From Chiloscyllium plagiosum (lineage: Eukaryota): DNA of 64,000 bases. The stretch is taken from positions 61,358,301-61,422,300 of the forward strand of contig NC_057718.1 of NCBI RefSeq assembly GCF_004010195.1. The letters are read 5' to 3'. The position numbers and the translations under genes are program-made. Under the pieces are notes generated by a model that saw only the letters and a program-made list of their open reading frames with translations, did not search any database and was not told where the DNA came from. Shown here piece after piece: positions 12,901 to 24,304 of this stretch. The stretch's first letter is position 1. Each line of letters begins with the position of its first letter.

Positions 12901-13607
12901 ATAGAATGAGAATGAAAAAATCCAAACTAATCTCCTGATTTCCCCTTCAAGCCTTACATGGCAATTCAGAATCTTGCCCAATAGCAACTAACTTCTTCTC
13001 ATGTGTTTTTATCTCATTAATGTCCCAGCTCACCCTCTTCACAACCCATTTCCAATTCTTCTCTCTTCCAATAAGAAAATAAACAGCACAAATTCCCAAC
13101 AGGTAAGAGAAAACAGGCACTTGGCAGCTGTAGCTCACTGAATGCCTAACCTGGACATCATGCCAGTGCCTCTTCTGCACAAGCTCCTTGCTGGGTCCAT
13201 CCTCCTTAACTCTTCATCCACCCAACTCAGCATCAGCAAACAACAGGCTCCACCACATCCTCATGCCTGCTGTCAAACCAATTCAGACACCACTTCAAAC
13301 CTTCAACTTTTTGCCTTTGAAGCTGATGAATATCTATGACTTGAAAGCTTCTATCAATTCACAGGGACACACACACTTCTTATGGATGTTAGCTTACTTT
13401 CTGGATGCTCACTCATTTTGGTGATGACTTGGAGGCTGCTAGCCTCCATGTGAATCACATACTCAGCACAGGCAATGCAGAGGAAAAGGCAAACAACTTG
13501 CAATGGTGACAATCACAGAACAGAGAATTCATTAGTCAGATCTGGAGGGTGGACATGTTGCTACCTGGCACTGCCAGAGCTGCATCATTTGGCAGCAGTT
13601 TACCCCA

Positions 13608-14240
13608 CAAATCCCTGAAAGTTGCCACCCAGGTTGATAAGGTTGTTAAGAAGGCATACAGTGTATTATCTTTTATTGGAAGAGGGATTGAGTTTCAGGG
13701 CCATGAGGCCATGTTGCAGCTGTACAAAACTCTGGTGCAGCTGCACATGGAGTATTGCCTACAATTCTGATCACAGCATTATAGGAAGGATTTGGAAGCT
13801 TTAGAAATGGTTAAGAGGAGATCTACTAGCATGTTGCCCAGTATGGAGGGAAGGTCTTATGAGGAAAGGCTGAGGGACTGGAGGCTGTTTTCATTAGAGA
13901 GAAGAAGGTTGAGAGGTGACTTTTAAGATAATCAGAGGGTTAGAAGGGGGGAAGAATGTGATGACTAGCACAAGGAGACATAGGTTTAAATTGAGGGGTG
14001 ATAGATATAGAACAGATGTCAGAGGTAGTTTCGTTACTCAGAGACTAGTAGGGGCTTGGAAAGCCCTGCCTGCAACAGTAGTAGACTTGCCAACTTTAAG
14101 GCATTTAAATGGTCATTGGATAAACATATGAATGAAAATGGAATAGTGTAGGTTAGATAGGCTTCAGATTGGTACCACAAATTGGCACATCATCGAGGGC
14201 CGAAGGATCTGTACTGCGCTGTAATGTTCTACGTTCTATG
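13608..14240 (+). mobile_element. 5'-truncated CR1 LINE
   Basis: HKSLKVATQVDKVVKKAY...LYKTLV...EYC; tail GTTCTACGTTCTATG. Confidence 0.9.
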
Positions 14241-14336
14241 AATGTACTGCATGGACTTCAAGCAAATGGAATGTATGAATGTCAAAAGGAAACCATCCTT
14301 AATAGGGTGCAAGGAGACTGCAGTCAATCAGAGGGT

Positions 14337-14655
14337 AGAATCATAGAATCCCTACAGCACAGAAAGAGACTGTTCAACTCACAGCTCTGAAGAGAATCCC
14401 ACCCAAACTCAGCCCCCCACCCTATCCCCATAATTTTCCATGGCTAACCCACCCAGCCTGCACATGCCTGGACACTTCAGGGCAATTTAGCATGACCAAT
14501 CCACCAAACCTGCACACCATTGGAGTGGAAACTTGATCACCTGGCAAGAACCCATGCAGAAATGTGGAGAATGTGCAAACTCCACACAGACAGTTGCCCC
14601 AGGGTGGAATCGAACTTGGGTCTCTGGCACTGAGGCACCAGTGCTAAGAGTACTG
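14337..14655 (-). mobile_element. HE1-like SINE (diverged)
   Basis: AATGTGCAAACTCCACACAGACAG core and inverted tRNA-like head. Confidence 0.8.
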
Positions 14656-14656
14656 T

Positions 14657-14770
14657 CAGAGTCATAGAGTCAGACAGAATGGAAACAGACCCTTTGGTCC
14701 AACTGTCCATGCCAACCAAATTTCACACTTGCTTGCATTTGACCCATCTCTCTCTAAACCTTTCCCAATC
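14657..14770 (-). mobile_element. CR1/HER1 3' tail fragment
   Basis: AGAGTCATAGAG...GGAAACAGACCCTTTGGTCCAAC = inverted LINE terminus. Confidence 0.75.
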
Positions 14771-15199
14771 AACCTACGGGGTTGGTCTGATTCTAATCCA
14801 GAGAGCTAGCCACAGTCAGTCAGGTGTCAGAGTCCAAGAATCTGTGTTCCTGTAGCCCAGTCAGTGCTGCAAGCTAACCACAACCAGGAAGGGGATTACA
14901 CACTGGTCAAGTGAGGTGCTGAGGAGACATTGGTCCAGGTGGATCCTGATCAGATAGGGTTACCCAGGTAAGTCAGTTCAGCTGATAGGACATGATCAGT
15001 CGAAGGAGTTTGGTCAATTATGGCCAGTGGGCAGCCTATGAATTGCTAGGGAAAACATCCATCAATATTTCTGAAGGGTTGAGAGGCTGAGAGAGAGTTA
15101 TGGGCTGTGGGCATGATCGATGATTGAAGGTTTGGGGGAGTTAAGTCTTTGGGCCAGGAAAAAGAAGCATCTATAGTTGTGGGGATAAGGATGATAATG

Positions 15200-15510
15200 G
15201 GGGATGCTCAAGTTGAATGGCAGAGCTTGGAATGCCATAAAAGAGCATGGTGCACAATGAGAGGAGTAGTCGTATCTGTGACCATCACTGTGGCCTCTAG
15301 ATTGGGACCATCACCCCAGAGCAGGTCAGGTATCGTCAAGGAGCAATGCTGGAGTTCAGGGGGCAGGGAGGACAGCTGGAAACACATTATCTGCAGCTCA
15401 TGGATTGAGGTGGTTTTATAAGGCAGCACACCACCACCTCCTCAAGGGCAACTAGGTACAGGCAATAGATACTGGCCAGCCTATGACTCCCACATCCGAT
15501 GAATAAAACC
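15200..15510 (+). mobile_element. 3' fragment of an old non-LTR element (CR1/L2 group)
   Basis: CACCACCACCTCCTCAAGGGCAACTAGG...CCCACATCCGATGAATAAA terminus; related termini near 49400-49480 and, inverted, 9378-9515. Confidence 0.5.
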
Positions 15511-15571
15511 TAAAGAAAGCTCAACATAGTGGGTCTTCACAAAGGTGGATAATTCAAAATGGGTTTTCAGG

Positions 15572-15820
15572 TCGGGGAAGGGATCAGTGTTCCTGTCATG
15601 GGAAGGATCATTGTGCCCAGGACAGGGGAGGGTCACATTGCTTGGTTCAGGGGGGGGCATTGTACTCAGGTGGGGGGGGGGGGGGGGAGAAGTGATAGTG
15701 CATGAGTTGGGGGAGGGGTCATTATGCGTGGGTCTGTGGATGGGGCACATTGTTCAGTTCAGGGTGGGAGTCAGTGTGCTTGGGTCAGGAGGGGTCAATG
15801 TACTTGAGTCTGTGGTGGGA
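15572..15820. repeat. Degenerate G-rich minisatellite with a long G homopolymer
   Basis: Recurrent GGGG(A)GGGTCA.TGT(G/A)CT.GGGTC-like units of roughly 25-30 bp; G run at ~15672-15687. Confidence 0.6.
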
Positions 15821-16228
15821 CCAACACTGGTGCTCATGATCAGGAGCAGCGTAAATGTTCCTAGTTTCCATCACTGTTCTTGAATAATGTCTCCTGAGTG
15901 ATGAAGTAGGAAGCTCAGATGCCCAGGATGTTAAAAATTGGAAGGATGCTGTAGGTCAGAGGTTTTGAGTGGACATCATGAATGTAATATTTAGAATTGT
16001 AGTTCATGAGCTTTCCTGAGAGGTATGTGCAATGGGAGCATTTTAAAGTGAGTGATGGCTGTGTGAGTATGAGAAGATGATGGCACATTATTGGACATAT
16101 TGTAGGAGACTATTGACCTTCTTTCTGATCTGCTGGGCATCCCTTCTGACTCAGGACACAGCCTAGGTGTATGCTGTGATCTTTGTCCAGGTTGGGTAGG
16201 TCTGTTGGCATGGTCTTCTTGGTCAGGT

Positions 16229-16442
16229 CTGGAAATGTGTTGCTGGAAAAGCGCAGCAGGTCAGGCAGCATCCAGGGAACAGGAGAATCGACGTTTCGGG
16301 CATAAGCCCTTCTTCAGGAAGAAGAAGGGCTTATACCCGAAACGTCGATTCTCCTGTTCCCTGGATGCTGCCTGACCTGCTGCGCTTTTCCAGCAACACA
16401 TTTCCAGCTCTGATCTCCAGCATCTGCAGACCTCACTTTCTC
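16229..16442. mobile_element. PLE-derived fold-back mini-insertion with 14-bp TSD
   Basis: 87-bp inverted arms 16229-16315 / 16321-16407 (1 mismatch); TSD CTTCTTGGTCAGGT at 16215-16228 and 16443-16456. Confidence 0.9.
16290..16317 (-). ncRNA. Minimal type-I hammerhead ribozyme core (intact)
   Basis: Minus strand CTGAAGA-A-GGGC(TTAT)GCCC-GAAA-CGTC: core boxes, 4-bp stem II, palindromic ACGU stem III, GUC cleavage triplet. Confidence 0.7.
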
Positions 16443-16594
16443 CTTCTTGGTCAGGTGTCAGGGCAAAGGTCTGCCCTCCTCTCCACCATTCAGTCCAGCA
16501 GTATCTTCTAGAAACAGGCTAGCTTGTCTTTCCTCAGATATTTTCAAACATCAAGAACCACAGTGTGTGGGGTCATTCCTGGCTCGCAGCCTTC

Positions 16595-16910
16595 AGGGTA
16601 GGTGATGGCCTAGTGGTATTTTCATTGGATTGTTAATCCAGAAACCTGGGAAATGTTCGAGGGACCCAGGTTTGAGTCTCGCCATGGTAGCTGGTGGATT
16701 TTTGAATTCAATAAATATCTGGAATTAACAACCTAATGATGACCATATTGTTGGACAAACCCATCTGGCTCACACATGTCCTTTAGAGAAGGAATCTGCC
16801 ATCCTTACCTGGTCTGGCCTACCTGTGACTCCAGATCCACAGTGATGTGGCTGACTCTTAACTACCCCTAGCTTATACAGTGACACCAACATGCCATTAA
16901 ATACAGTGCC
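16595..16910 (+). mobile_element. tRNA-derived SINE of a second family (not HE1)
   Basis: A-box-like TGGCCTAGTGG, B-box-like GGTTTGAGTCTC, then AAACCCATCTGG...CCTTACCTGGTCTGGCCTAC body. Confidence 0.7.
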
Positions 16911-17624
16911 TGAAGAATGGCAGCTTCACGTTCTCAGTAGCCACAAAGGTTTCCATCTCACTGTCCATGCATTTCCCAGGAAATGCACCCAACAGCTCAG
17001 TTGCATTACTGATCAGGTGAAGATTGCATGAGGAAGGTTGCTATAGGCCAGTGTGGACTGGGCGCCATGAAACTTGATCCCCACTACATTTTAACTGCAG
17101 ATGGAAACGTTCAGCTCTCAGTATTTAGAAGAACTTCAAAAATCATTCAGACAGTTTGAAATATTTCAACATTCTGTCGAAGGTGAAATACAACAAATAC
17201 ATTCCATTATTCTCATTCCCAGCCCATTTAGATGTAGTGATGAGAGTTGAAACTAGAGAGAGACGTTTTAATGAGTTGAGTGGCTTTTTCTTATCTCTGA
17301 TTTATGCTCTTCTGTTCAGCAGTGTCCCCTGCAGCAATGTCAGAACACAGTCTTTGCACATTTTGAAATTACTGTAAATCTATTTAACAGAACTTTTCAT
17401 CGACATAACTTATGAACACTGATATATTGGTGGTAATTTGTTGAAAATACCTCTCCCAAAAACAATACCAATAATTTTGCTTTCTGAATTTAGCTATAAG
17501 GAATTCTGTTGACAAACTTAATCTTGAGTATTACATTATTTTGAATCAGTATCTATATTTAACCTTTCATCCTAACGTAAAGCAAATCAGGATATTCGAT
17601 GCATTTGAATATTCTTGACTTCCA

Positions 17625-17950
17625 TAGAATTCTTACAGTGCAGGGTAGAGGCCATTCAGCCCATCGTGTATACACCCATCTTCTGAAGAACATCCTACCT
17701 TATCCCTGTAAACCTGCATTTACCATGACTAATCCATCTAGCTTGCACGCAATGGACAATTTAGTATGACCAATCTACCTAACCTGCAAATCTTTGCACG
17801 ATGACAGGAAACTGGAAGACTCAGCAGAAACCCATACAGACACGGGGAGAATGTGCAAACTCCACACAGACAGTCACCCAAGGCTAGAATTTAATTGAAC
17901 CCAGGTCCCTGGCATTGTGGGGCAGGAGTGCAAACAATTGTGCCAACATG
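17625..17950 (-). mobile_element. HE1-like SINE (diverged)
   Basis: GACACGGGGAGAATGTGCAAACTCCACACAGACAGTC core. Confidence 0.85.
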
Positions 17951-18220
17951 CACTTTGTGGAAGCATTTTATTCTGTATCTTCTTTCTCTTCCCCCTACCC
18001 ATCCCCTTTCTCAATTAGTACACACTGAGTGTTCACTTTTGTCAGACTTCTGTTCAATACACACTGGAACCTTTACATTCCTCATATAGCTGTAAATTTT
18101 AAATATGTGAAGCTAATCACATATCTGAGACAGAGCACAGGCAGACTTTTTATCCAGAGTCATTTGAAAGTGATCAGGAAGAGGAAGGTTAATTATCTTA
18201 TTCTGGTGTCAGACCAGGTT

Positions 18221-18549
18221 TAGATTAGATTAGATTAGATTAGATTACATTACAGTGTGGAAACAGGCCCTTCTGCCCAACAAGTCCACACCGACCCGCC
18301 GAAGCACAACCCACCCATATCCCTACATTTACCTATTACCTAACACTACGGGTAATTTAGTACGGCCAATTCACCTGACCTGCACATCTTTGGACTGTGG
18401 GAGGAAACCGGAGCACCCGGAGGAAACCCACGCAGACACGGGGAGAATGTGCAAACTCCACACAGTCTGTTGCCTGAGGCGGGAATTGAACCCGGGTCTC
18501 TGGCGCTGTGAGGCAGCAGTGCTAACCACTGTGCCACCGTGCCGCCCAC
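18221..18549 (-). mobile_element. Young full-length HE1-like SINE
   Basis: Near-identical reverse complement of 24341-24662; (TAGAT)n tail at ~18221-18246. Confidence 0.95.
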
Positions 18550-18601
18550 AAAGTCAGGTGTATCAAAGTCAGGTGGAGTTCCCAATTGTCTCCAAATATA
18601 A

Positions 18602-19890
18602 TTGATTGATTGATTGTCACACCTACCGAGGTACAGTGAAAAGCTTTGTTTACGAACAGTACGAGCAGATCACAGTTAGCAAGGATAAACAGATCAAAAA
18701 GACTTTAGACAGAGGCATACTGGTTGCATTGCACAGGACATGCACTAGGTGCGATCACCATTAGAAATATCAGCATTATTTGAGGCCAGAGAGGCCAAGA
18801 AGAAGCTGTTCCTGAACCTTCTGGTGCATGTGGTCAGGCTTCTGTGTCTCCTGCCTGACAGAAGAGGTTGTCAGAGATCATTATCAGGGTGCGATGGATC
18901 TTTGATGATATTGGCAGCCCTTCTGCAGCAGTGAGACATGTAAATGGAGTTCATGGATGGAAAGTTGGCTTCCGTGATAGCCCAGGCTGTGCACATAACC
19001 TTCTGTAGTATCTTACGGTGGTGGGCGAAGCAGTTGCCGTACAAGGCTGTTATGCACCCAGACATTATGCTTTCAGTGGTGCATCTGTAAAAGTTAATGA
19101 GGGTCCTTATGGACATGTCAAATTTCCTGAGTTGCCTAAGGAAGAAGAGGTGTATTTGTGCCTTCTTGACCTTCGTATCTATGTGAGAAGTCCAGGACAG
19201 GTTATCGGTTATTGTCACTCCAAGGAACTGGATGCTCTCCACCCTTGCAACCCTCAGTTCCATTGATATAGATGGGGGCATGTTCTCCTCCTTTCTTTCT
19301 CAAGTCAATGATCAGTTCTTTAGTTTTGTAAACATTGAGAGAGAGGTTATTCTCACTGCACCACGTCACCAAGCCCTCTATCTCCTTTCTGTATTTTGAC
19401 TCATTGTTGTTAGAGATCCATCCACCAAGTCTGACATGGTGTCATCAGCGAACTTGTAGATGGTGTCCATTGGGAATTTGGAAAATAGTCAGGGGTGTAC
19501 CGGGAGCACAGTAGGGGGCTGAGGAAACTCTTCAGTGTTGTGTGTTGTTGTGAAGGAGATGCAATTAATTATCTTCACTGTGGTCTGTGGATCAGAAAGC
19601 TGAGGATCTAGTTGCAGAGACCGAAGCCGAGACCAAATTCTTGGAGTTTTGAGATCAATCTGGAGAGGAAAATGGTATTGAAGGAGGAGTTGTAATCGAT
19701 GAGCAGGAGTCTAACGTAGGTGTCCTTGTTGTCCAGATGTTCTAGGGAGAAGTGCTATGCGAGGAAAATGGCATCCGCAGTGGACCTGTTATGTCAAAAG
19801 GCAAATTGTAGGCAAGCTGGAAGCTTGGAGTTGATGTGGCCAGCCTCTTGAAGCACTCCATGATTATTGAGGTCAGAGCCACTGGGTGAT
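18602..19890 (-). mobile_element. Rex1/Babar-clade LINE, RT and C-terminal part
   Basis: ORF 18871-19281 FLGVTITDNLSWTSHI..VKKAQ..LFFLRQLRKF...FYRCT.ESI.SGCIT; upstream [25 protein letters not shown] and KFADDT; (CAAT)n tail. Confidence 0.9.
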
Positions 19891-21704
19891 ACTAGACGTG
19901 AATTCCTGATTTATGTGGCTCAATATTGTACTTGTTTTCCATTAAACTATCAGGCTTTTACTTAAATTATAAATAGAAAGCACACTACAAGTCATATTTT
20001 ATTGTTCAACATTTGGCATTAATTACTTTCTCACCATTTTGCTATTAACATTTTTTACAACATTTCCTACAGTAATTCTTTTATTTGCGATGTTACTACG
20101 ACATAAAGTAATTAACAAGCATGGGTATTTTTATAACATATATCATTATGATTCAACATGCATAGATTAAGGTTTCCAGCCTCACTTTGGAGGAACCTGG
20201 GAGCTCTCTTCAATAGGCAGTTCCATTGCTACTCTTTATTTCGCCTTAGAAACACACTGGAGCCAGTTCCACTACCCACTGCAGCCAAAATATACTTCGC
20301 CCTGAAGAGTTGTTGGTTGGCTTTCCAAAGTGCAGACTAGCTTTAATCCCTGCTAGCTTCACATGTACTTGGATCTCCTGCTAAGTGTGCTGCCAGTCAG
20401 TGGTGTGTTTAACACTGGGCTGCACACTGTGATCATGTGGATGAGCAGGTAGCACAATGTTTTCCTGCTGTCTGTGTCAATTCAATTGGCATGGGGTAAT
20501 CATGCATTCCTATTCCCCAGCTCAAAAACTAACACTATTGAATGTTTAGCCTAGAATATGTTGCGTGGCAAGCAGTATTGTAGGTCTGGTGAATTATGAC
20601 ACATCTAACACTGGCAGAGCTTTCGCATTGCACCTCCATGGGGGTCACAGGTAATTGCAAACATTGTGAATACTCTTATACGGAGATTTCACATGACAGC
20701 AGATTTACATCGGAGTTATCAATAGAACAGATTTGCTCACACACATTATTCAATTTATTATAGATTCTATAAGTGCCTGATTTTGCATAATTTTGCAAGC
20801 TTTATTTAAACATTAGGTACCAGCATGCTAGCAGTTGATTGTAATGTTGTGGTAGCATTAATTCATGGAAATATCTTCGCAATTTTTGTTTAATTCTGAA
20901 GTATAAGTAGATAATTTGCTAATGTTTCCACATATCTTGCATTAATATTTTGTGTTTCATCAGCCTAACAACAGCGGTTGTATCTCTCCACAATCCATGT
21001 TTGCAAATATCAGAGTCTGGGCTTGAAAATGAAAGATTTTCACAAGCTTCTCAAACATTATAGTCTGTGGTTTGATATCAGTTTATCTATAAGAGACCTG
21101 ATTTTTCAGAAGAGCTTTGGAGAATCTACAAACTCTATTTTGATTAACCCTTCAACCATACAATTAGGAAAATATCATTTGATTTACAAATTGCCACTTT
21201 TTGCTTTAATTTTCTATATGACAAAGTGACCAATCTGATTAAAATATGTCTCAAAGATCAGGAAATGTCAGTTATCAATGATACTCACACACAAAATTGT
21301 ACCAAAACATTTTTTTTTTCAGAACATACCTATTAAGGTGCTTCTAGTACTTCTTTGATAACTAAACTGAAGCTAAAGATCGTTTGTTTAATTTTCAACT
21401 CTTAACAGATATTAAGAAAAGACTTGCATCTTAACTAACCCTGGGTTGGATACAATCACTGATCAGAAATATACACTCAAATGGCCTGTGACACACAGAA
21501 TGTACCGTTAATGTTAATTAAAGATGAATATTTTGAAATGAAGCTGTGAGATGTATTTTCAAAAGTAAATTCTTTTGAAAGTATATTGATACTACATAGA
21601 CTTATCTGAATTTTAAATCATCTCCAGATTTTATTTCAAAAATGCTTAATAACAAGTACTGAGCTGTTGATGTGCACATCTGATCAACAAACAGCATAAG
21701 GGTG

Positions 21705-21945
21705 AAATACTGCTGATGCTGGAAATCTGAAATAAGATCAGAAGGTGCTGGAGAAATGCAGCAGCTTCAGCAGCATTTGTGGAGAGAGAAACAGAGTTAA
21801 CATTTCAATTGTGGTTTATCATTTTTTCAGAACTTAGAATACCTATTTTGAAGAAGAGTCCACTCAAGCTCAAAACATAACTCTGTTTCTCTCTCCACAG
21901 ATGCTGTCAGACTTGCTGAATTTTTCCAACTGCTTTTCTTATGTT
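21705..21945. mobile_element. Older PLE-derived fold-back element
   Basis: Inverted arms ~21746-21807 / ~21872-21930 (CATTTGTGGAGAGAGAAACAGAGTTA vs TAACTCTGTTTCTCTCTCCACAGATG). Confidence 0.7.
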
Positions 21946-24304
21946 CAATTAGTGAACCTGGTTGGTTTAGCTTACTGACAACATTAGAATCTAAAAATGT
22001 AGATTAAAGAATAACACCCAACGTACTGGAGACACTCTCTGTTGTAAAAAAAAATGCACCTCCACTACAGGAAAATAAAACAATGAGTCCTCCAATTCTG
22101 CACAGCTGACTCTTGATTTATATTCATGTAAGATTTATGTGTTACTTGCAGCGATTAAGTTGAAGCTGCAAGATTTTTTAGTAGAATTATTCAAAATGGC
22201 ATGTATTTTTGGAAGTGATTATGCAGGTACACCTGATCAGTGTGTCACCTGTGCCTACCGATTGTAAATGATAAAATACAGCAAGCGCATATAATTTGCC
22301 TCGCTTGCAGAATGGTCTGGTATTTTTATACCTGTGTCAGTTACAGGGTTAGCTGAGATTTCTTAAATTTGCTGCATCGTCCTGCAGGGGAGTTGAAGAC
22401 AGTAGAATGTTTATAACAGCCTATAGCTGCTTGAACTATCACAAGTGAAACCTTGACTCCCTCAGTTTATAGTAGCACTGCTCTTTCACACTGCATTGCT
22501 ACTAGTAGAGATGTGTAATATTGCCCATATCTAAGAAATTGGGAATTTGGTTCTGGCAGTGAGCAGACCTGATAGTGTGTTTTGTACAGTCAGCCCTGTC
22601 CATTGACTAAAGCTGATTTTCTAAAGCAAGGTTAAGGAGTGCTTGGTCAGTTTTATTTTTACTGCAGCTTCACTACAAAGATCAAGCTGCTTGACTCTTT
22701 TCTAACATTAGAAATTCCACCAGCAGTCAGAGGCTGATTAGCAGAGTTGTGTGTTCACCAGGCACTGAGCTCACCCCACTCCAAGCTATTCCATTTCACT
22801 GTAAAACTGGGTAATAGATGCAATTAAAATACTGCATTCTTTTAACAACAAAATAGTTTCCATACCCAAAAATTCAAAATGAAGAGCATGCCTTTAGGGC
22901 AATTCTCAGACATATAGTTACTTTAAAAAAAAATGAAAACCAGAAGTGGCTTCTATCACCTTTGAAATGATGAACTGAAGCTCAGTTTGGAAAGTGCTGT
23001 ATTATGGGATAGATTCCAGACAGGCTTGAACCTTTAACATAGTTAAAAGACATAACACAATGTGACATTCTGAAATACAGGTACCCATATTAACTTTAGT
23101 TACTCTGTGCAACTGAATCAGTACAGTCAGTCAGTCATATGGATGTAGTGTATGGTGACTTCAGTATTGCCACAACTCAGTTTTATAGTATTCTATCCAT
23201 GTAAATAACTAATATTGTTAATAAACTCTAAGATATCTGACTCAACAAGAAGCCAGTTTTCATGGTATATGTATCAAGGCTGGCACAGAAAATTCACAGC
23301 AGAAATGGCTGAAGTTGACCAATAAAACACATAGCAAGGGTAACATTTATTACTGAAGAGTCTCATTAGTGGAGTTGATTGGGAAATAGAGGACCTTACA
23401 GGGATTGGGAAAAATAGAGGACCTACAATTTCTAAATATGGACAGGCTGGAACCTCACTTCATTGTAACTGTCAACAACAAATGTAGCATCACGTAGGCT
23501 GCATGGGGAGGACAGAAGGAATGCAGGTTTTTAAAATGGTTTCTTCAAATAGAATTTCACATGTTTTTTTGATTAGATTATAACATAAAGGGCTGACATT
23601 ATTAAAATCGTCAATTATTGCTAAAATCACAGAGAAATTACTTCCATAAGTATTTCCGAGAGTTCATTAGAAAAGGCAAGTTCTTAGAAAGGAAAATCTG
23701 TCAAGTGATTTTTCAATATCAGTGATAATAAAATAAATTCACCTTGTTTTCATTGAGAGACTATTGTGGATATGTCTGTTTTGCTTTTGCCCTTGTGTAC
23801 CCATTGATGATGGTGGGGTCCAAAGTCTTTGATCGGAGCATAATTTCCAGGAGCTACTTTGAAGTGAACACTACCCTAACCCTGTCAACAGTAAGGTTAC
23901 AAATCCAATGTGATTCTTAAATGAAACAGAAGGGATTGGAAAAGTGATGTATTAAAGATTGGAGAAGGGACAAGTGGTCAGGGTGCCCCAGAACAAAAGG
24001 CAAAGGGAGAGCAAATGATTGTAGAGAAAAGATAGAGATGAAAAGTTGATATTAACGGTAGGCGTTTATAGCAGAAAATAGGTCAGTTTTCCAGACAGCA
24101 AACCCCACAAATGAGACAATTGTGGGGGAGTATAGGAGGGAGGGAGCTATCAAAATGGAGGACATAATTTAATATCTGAAGTTGTTGAATTCTATGTTGA
24201 GTCCAGAAGACTGCAAAGTGCTTAAGCAAAAATGAGTCACTGTTCCTCCAGTTTGTTTTGGAGTTCCCTGGAAAACGACAGCAGCCTAGATGTGAAAGAA
24301 AGAT

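Larger units (their letters stand above)
16100..16530 (-). mobile_element. Harbinger-type Myb/SANT-like ORF remnant (interrupted by a PLE mini-insertion)
   Basis: Piecing frames together gives ILLD*MVERRADL ... VRRDAQQIRK, resembling MSANTD/Myb-like domains of PIF/Harbinger. Confidence 0.45.

Noticed and set aside
16229..16407. miRNA precursor or DNA-transposon MITE
   Set aside because: The arms are copies of a PLE terminus, one arm has an unpaired 3' extension, and the 14-bp TSD is longer than those of the common cut-and-paste superfamilies
18255..18605. 116-aa ORF (and similar ORFs at 43749-44045, 60781-61176) as protein genes
   Set aside because: They are chance readings of the HE1-like SINE
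22381..22394. CTCF-like motif CCTGCAGGGGGAGT
   Set aside because: Two mismatches to the core consensus and no other support; expected by chance in 64 kb
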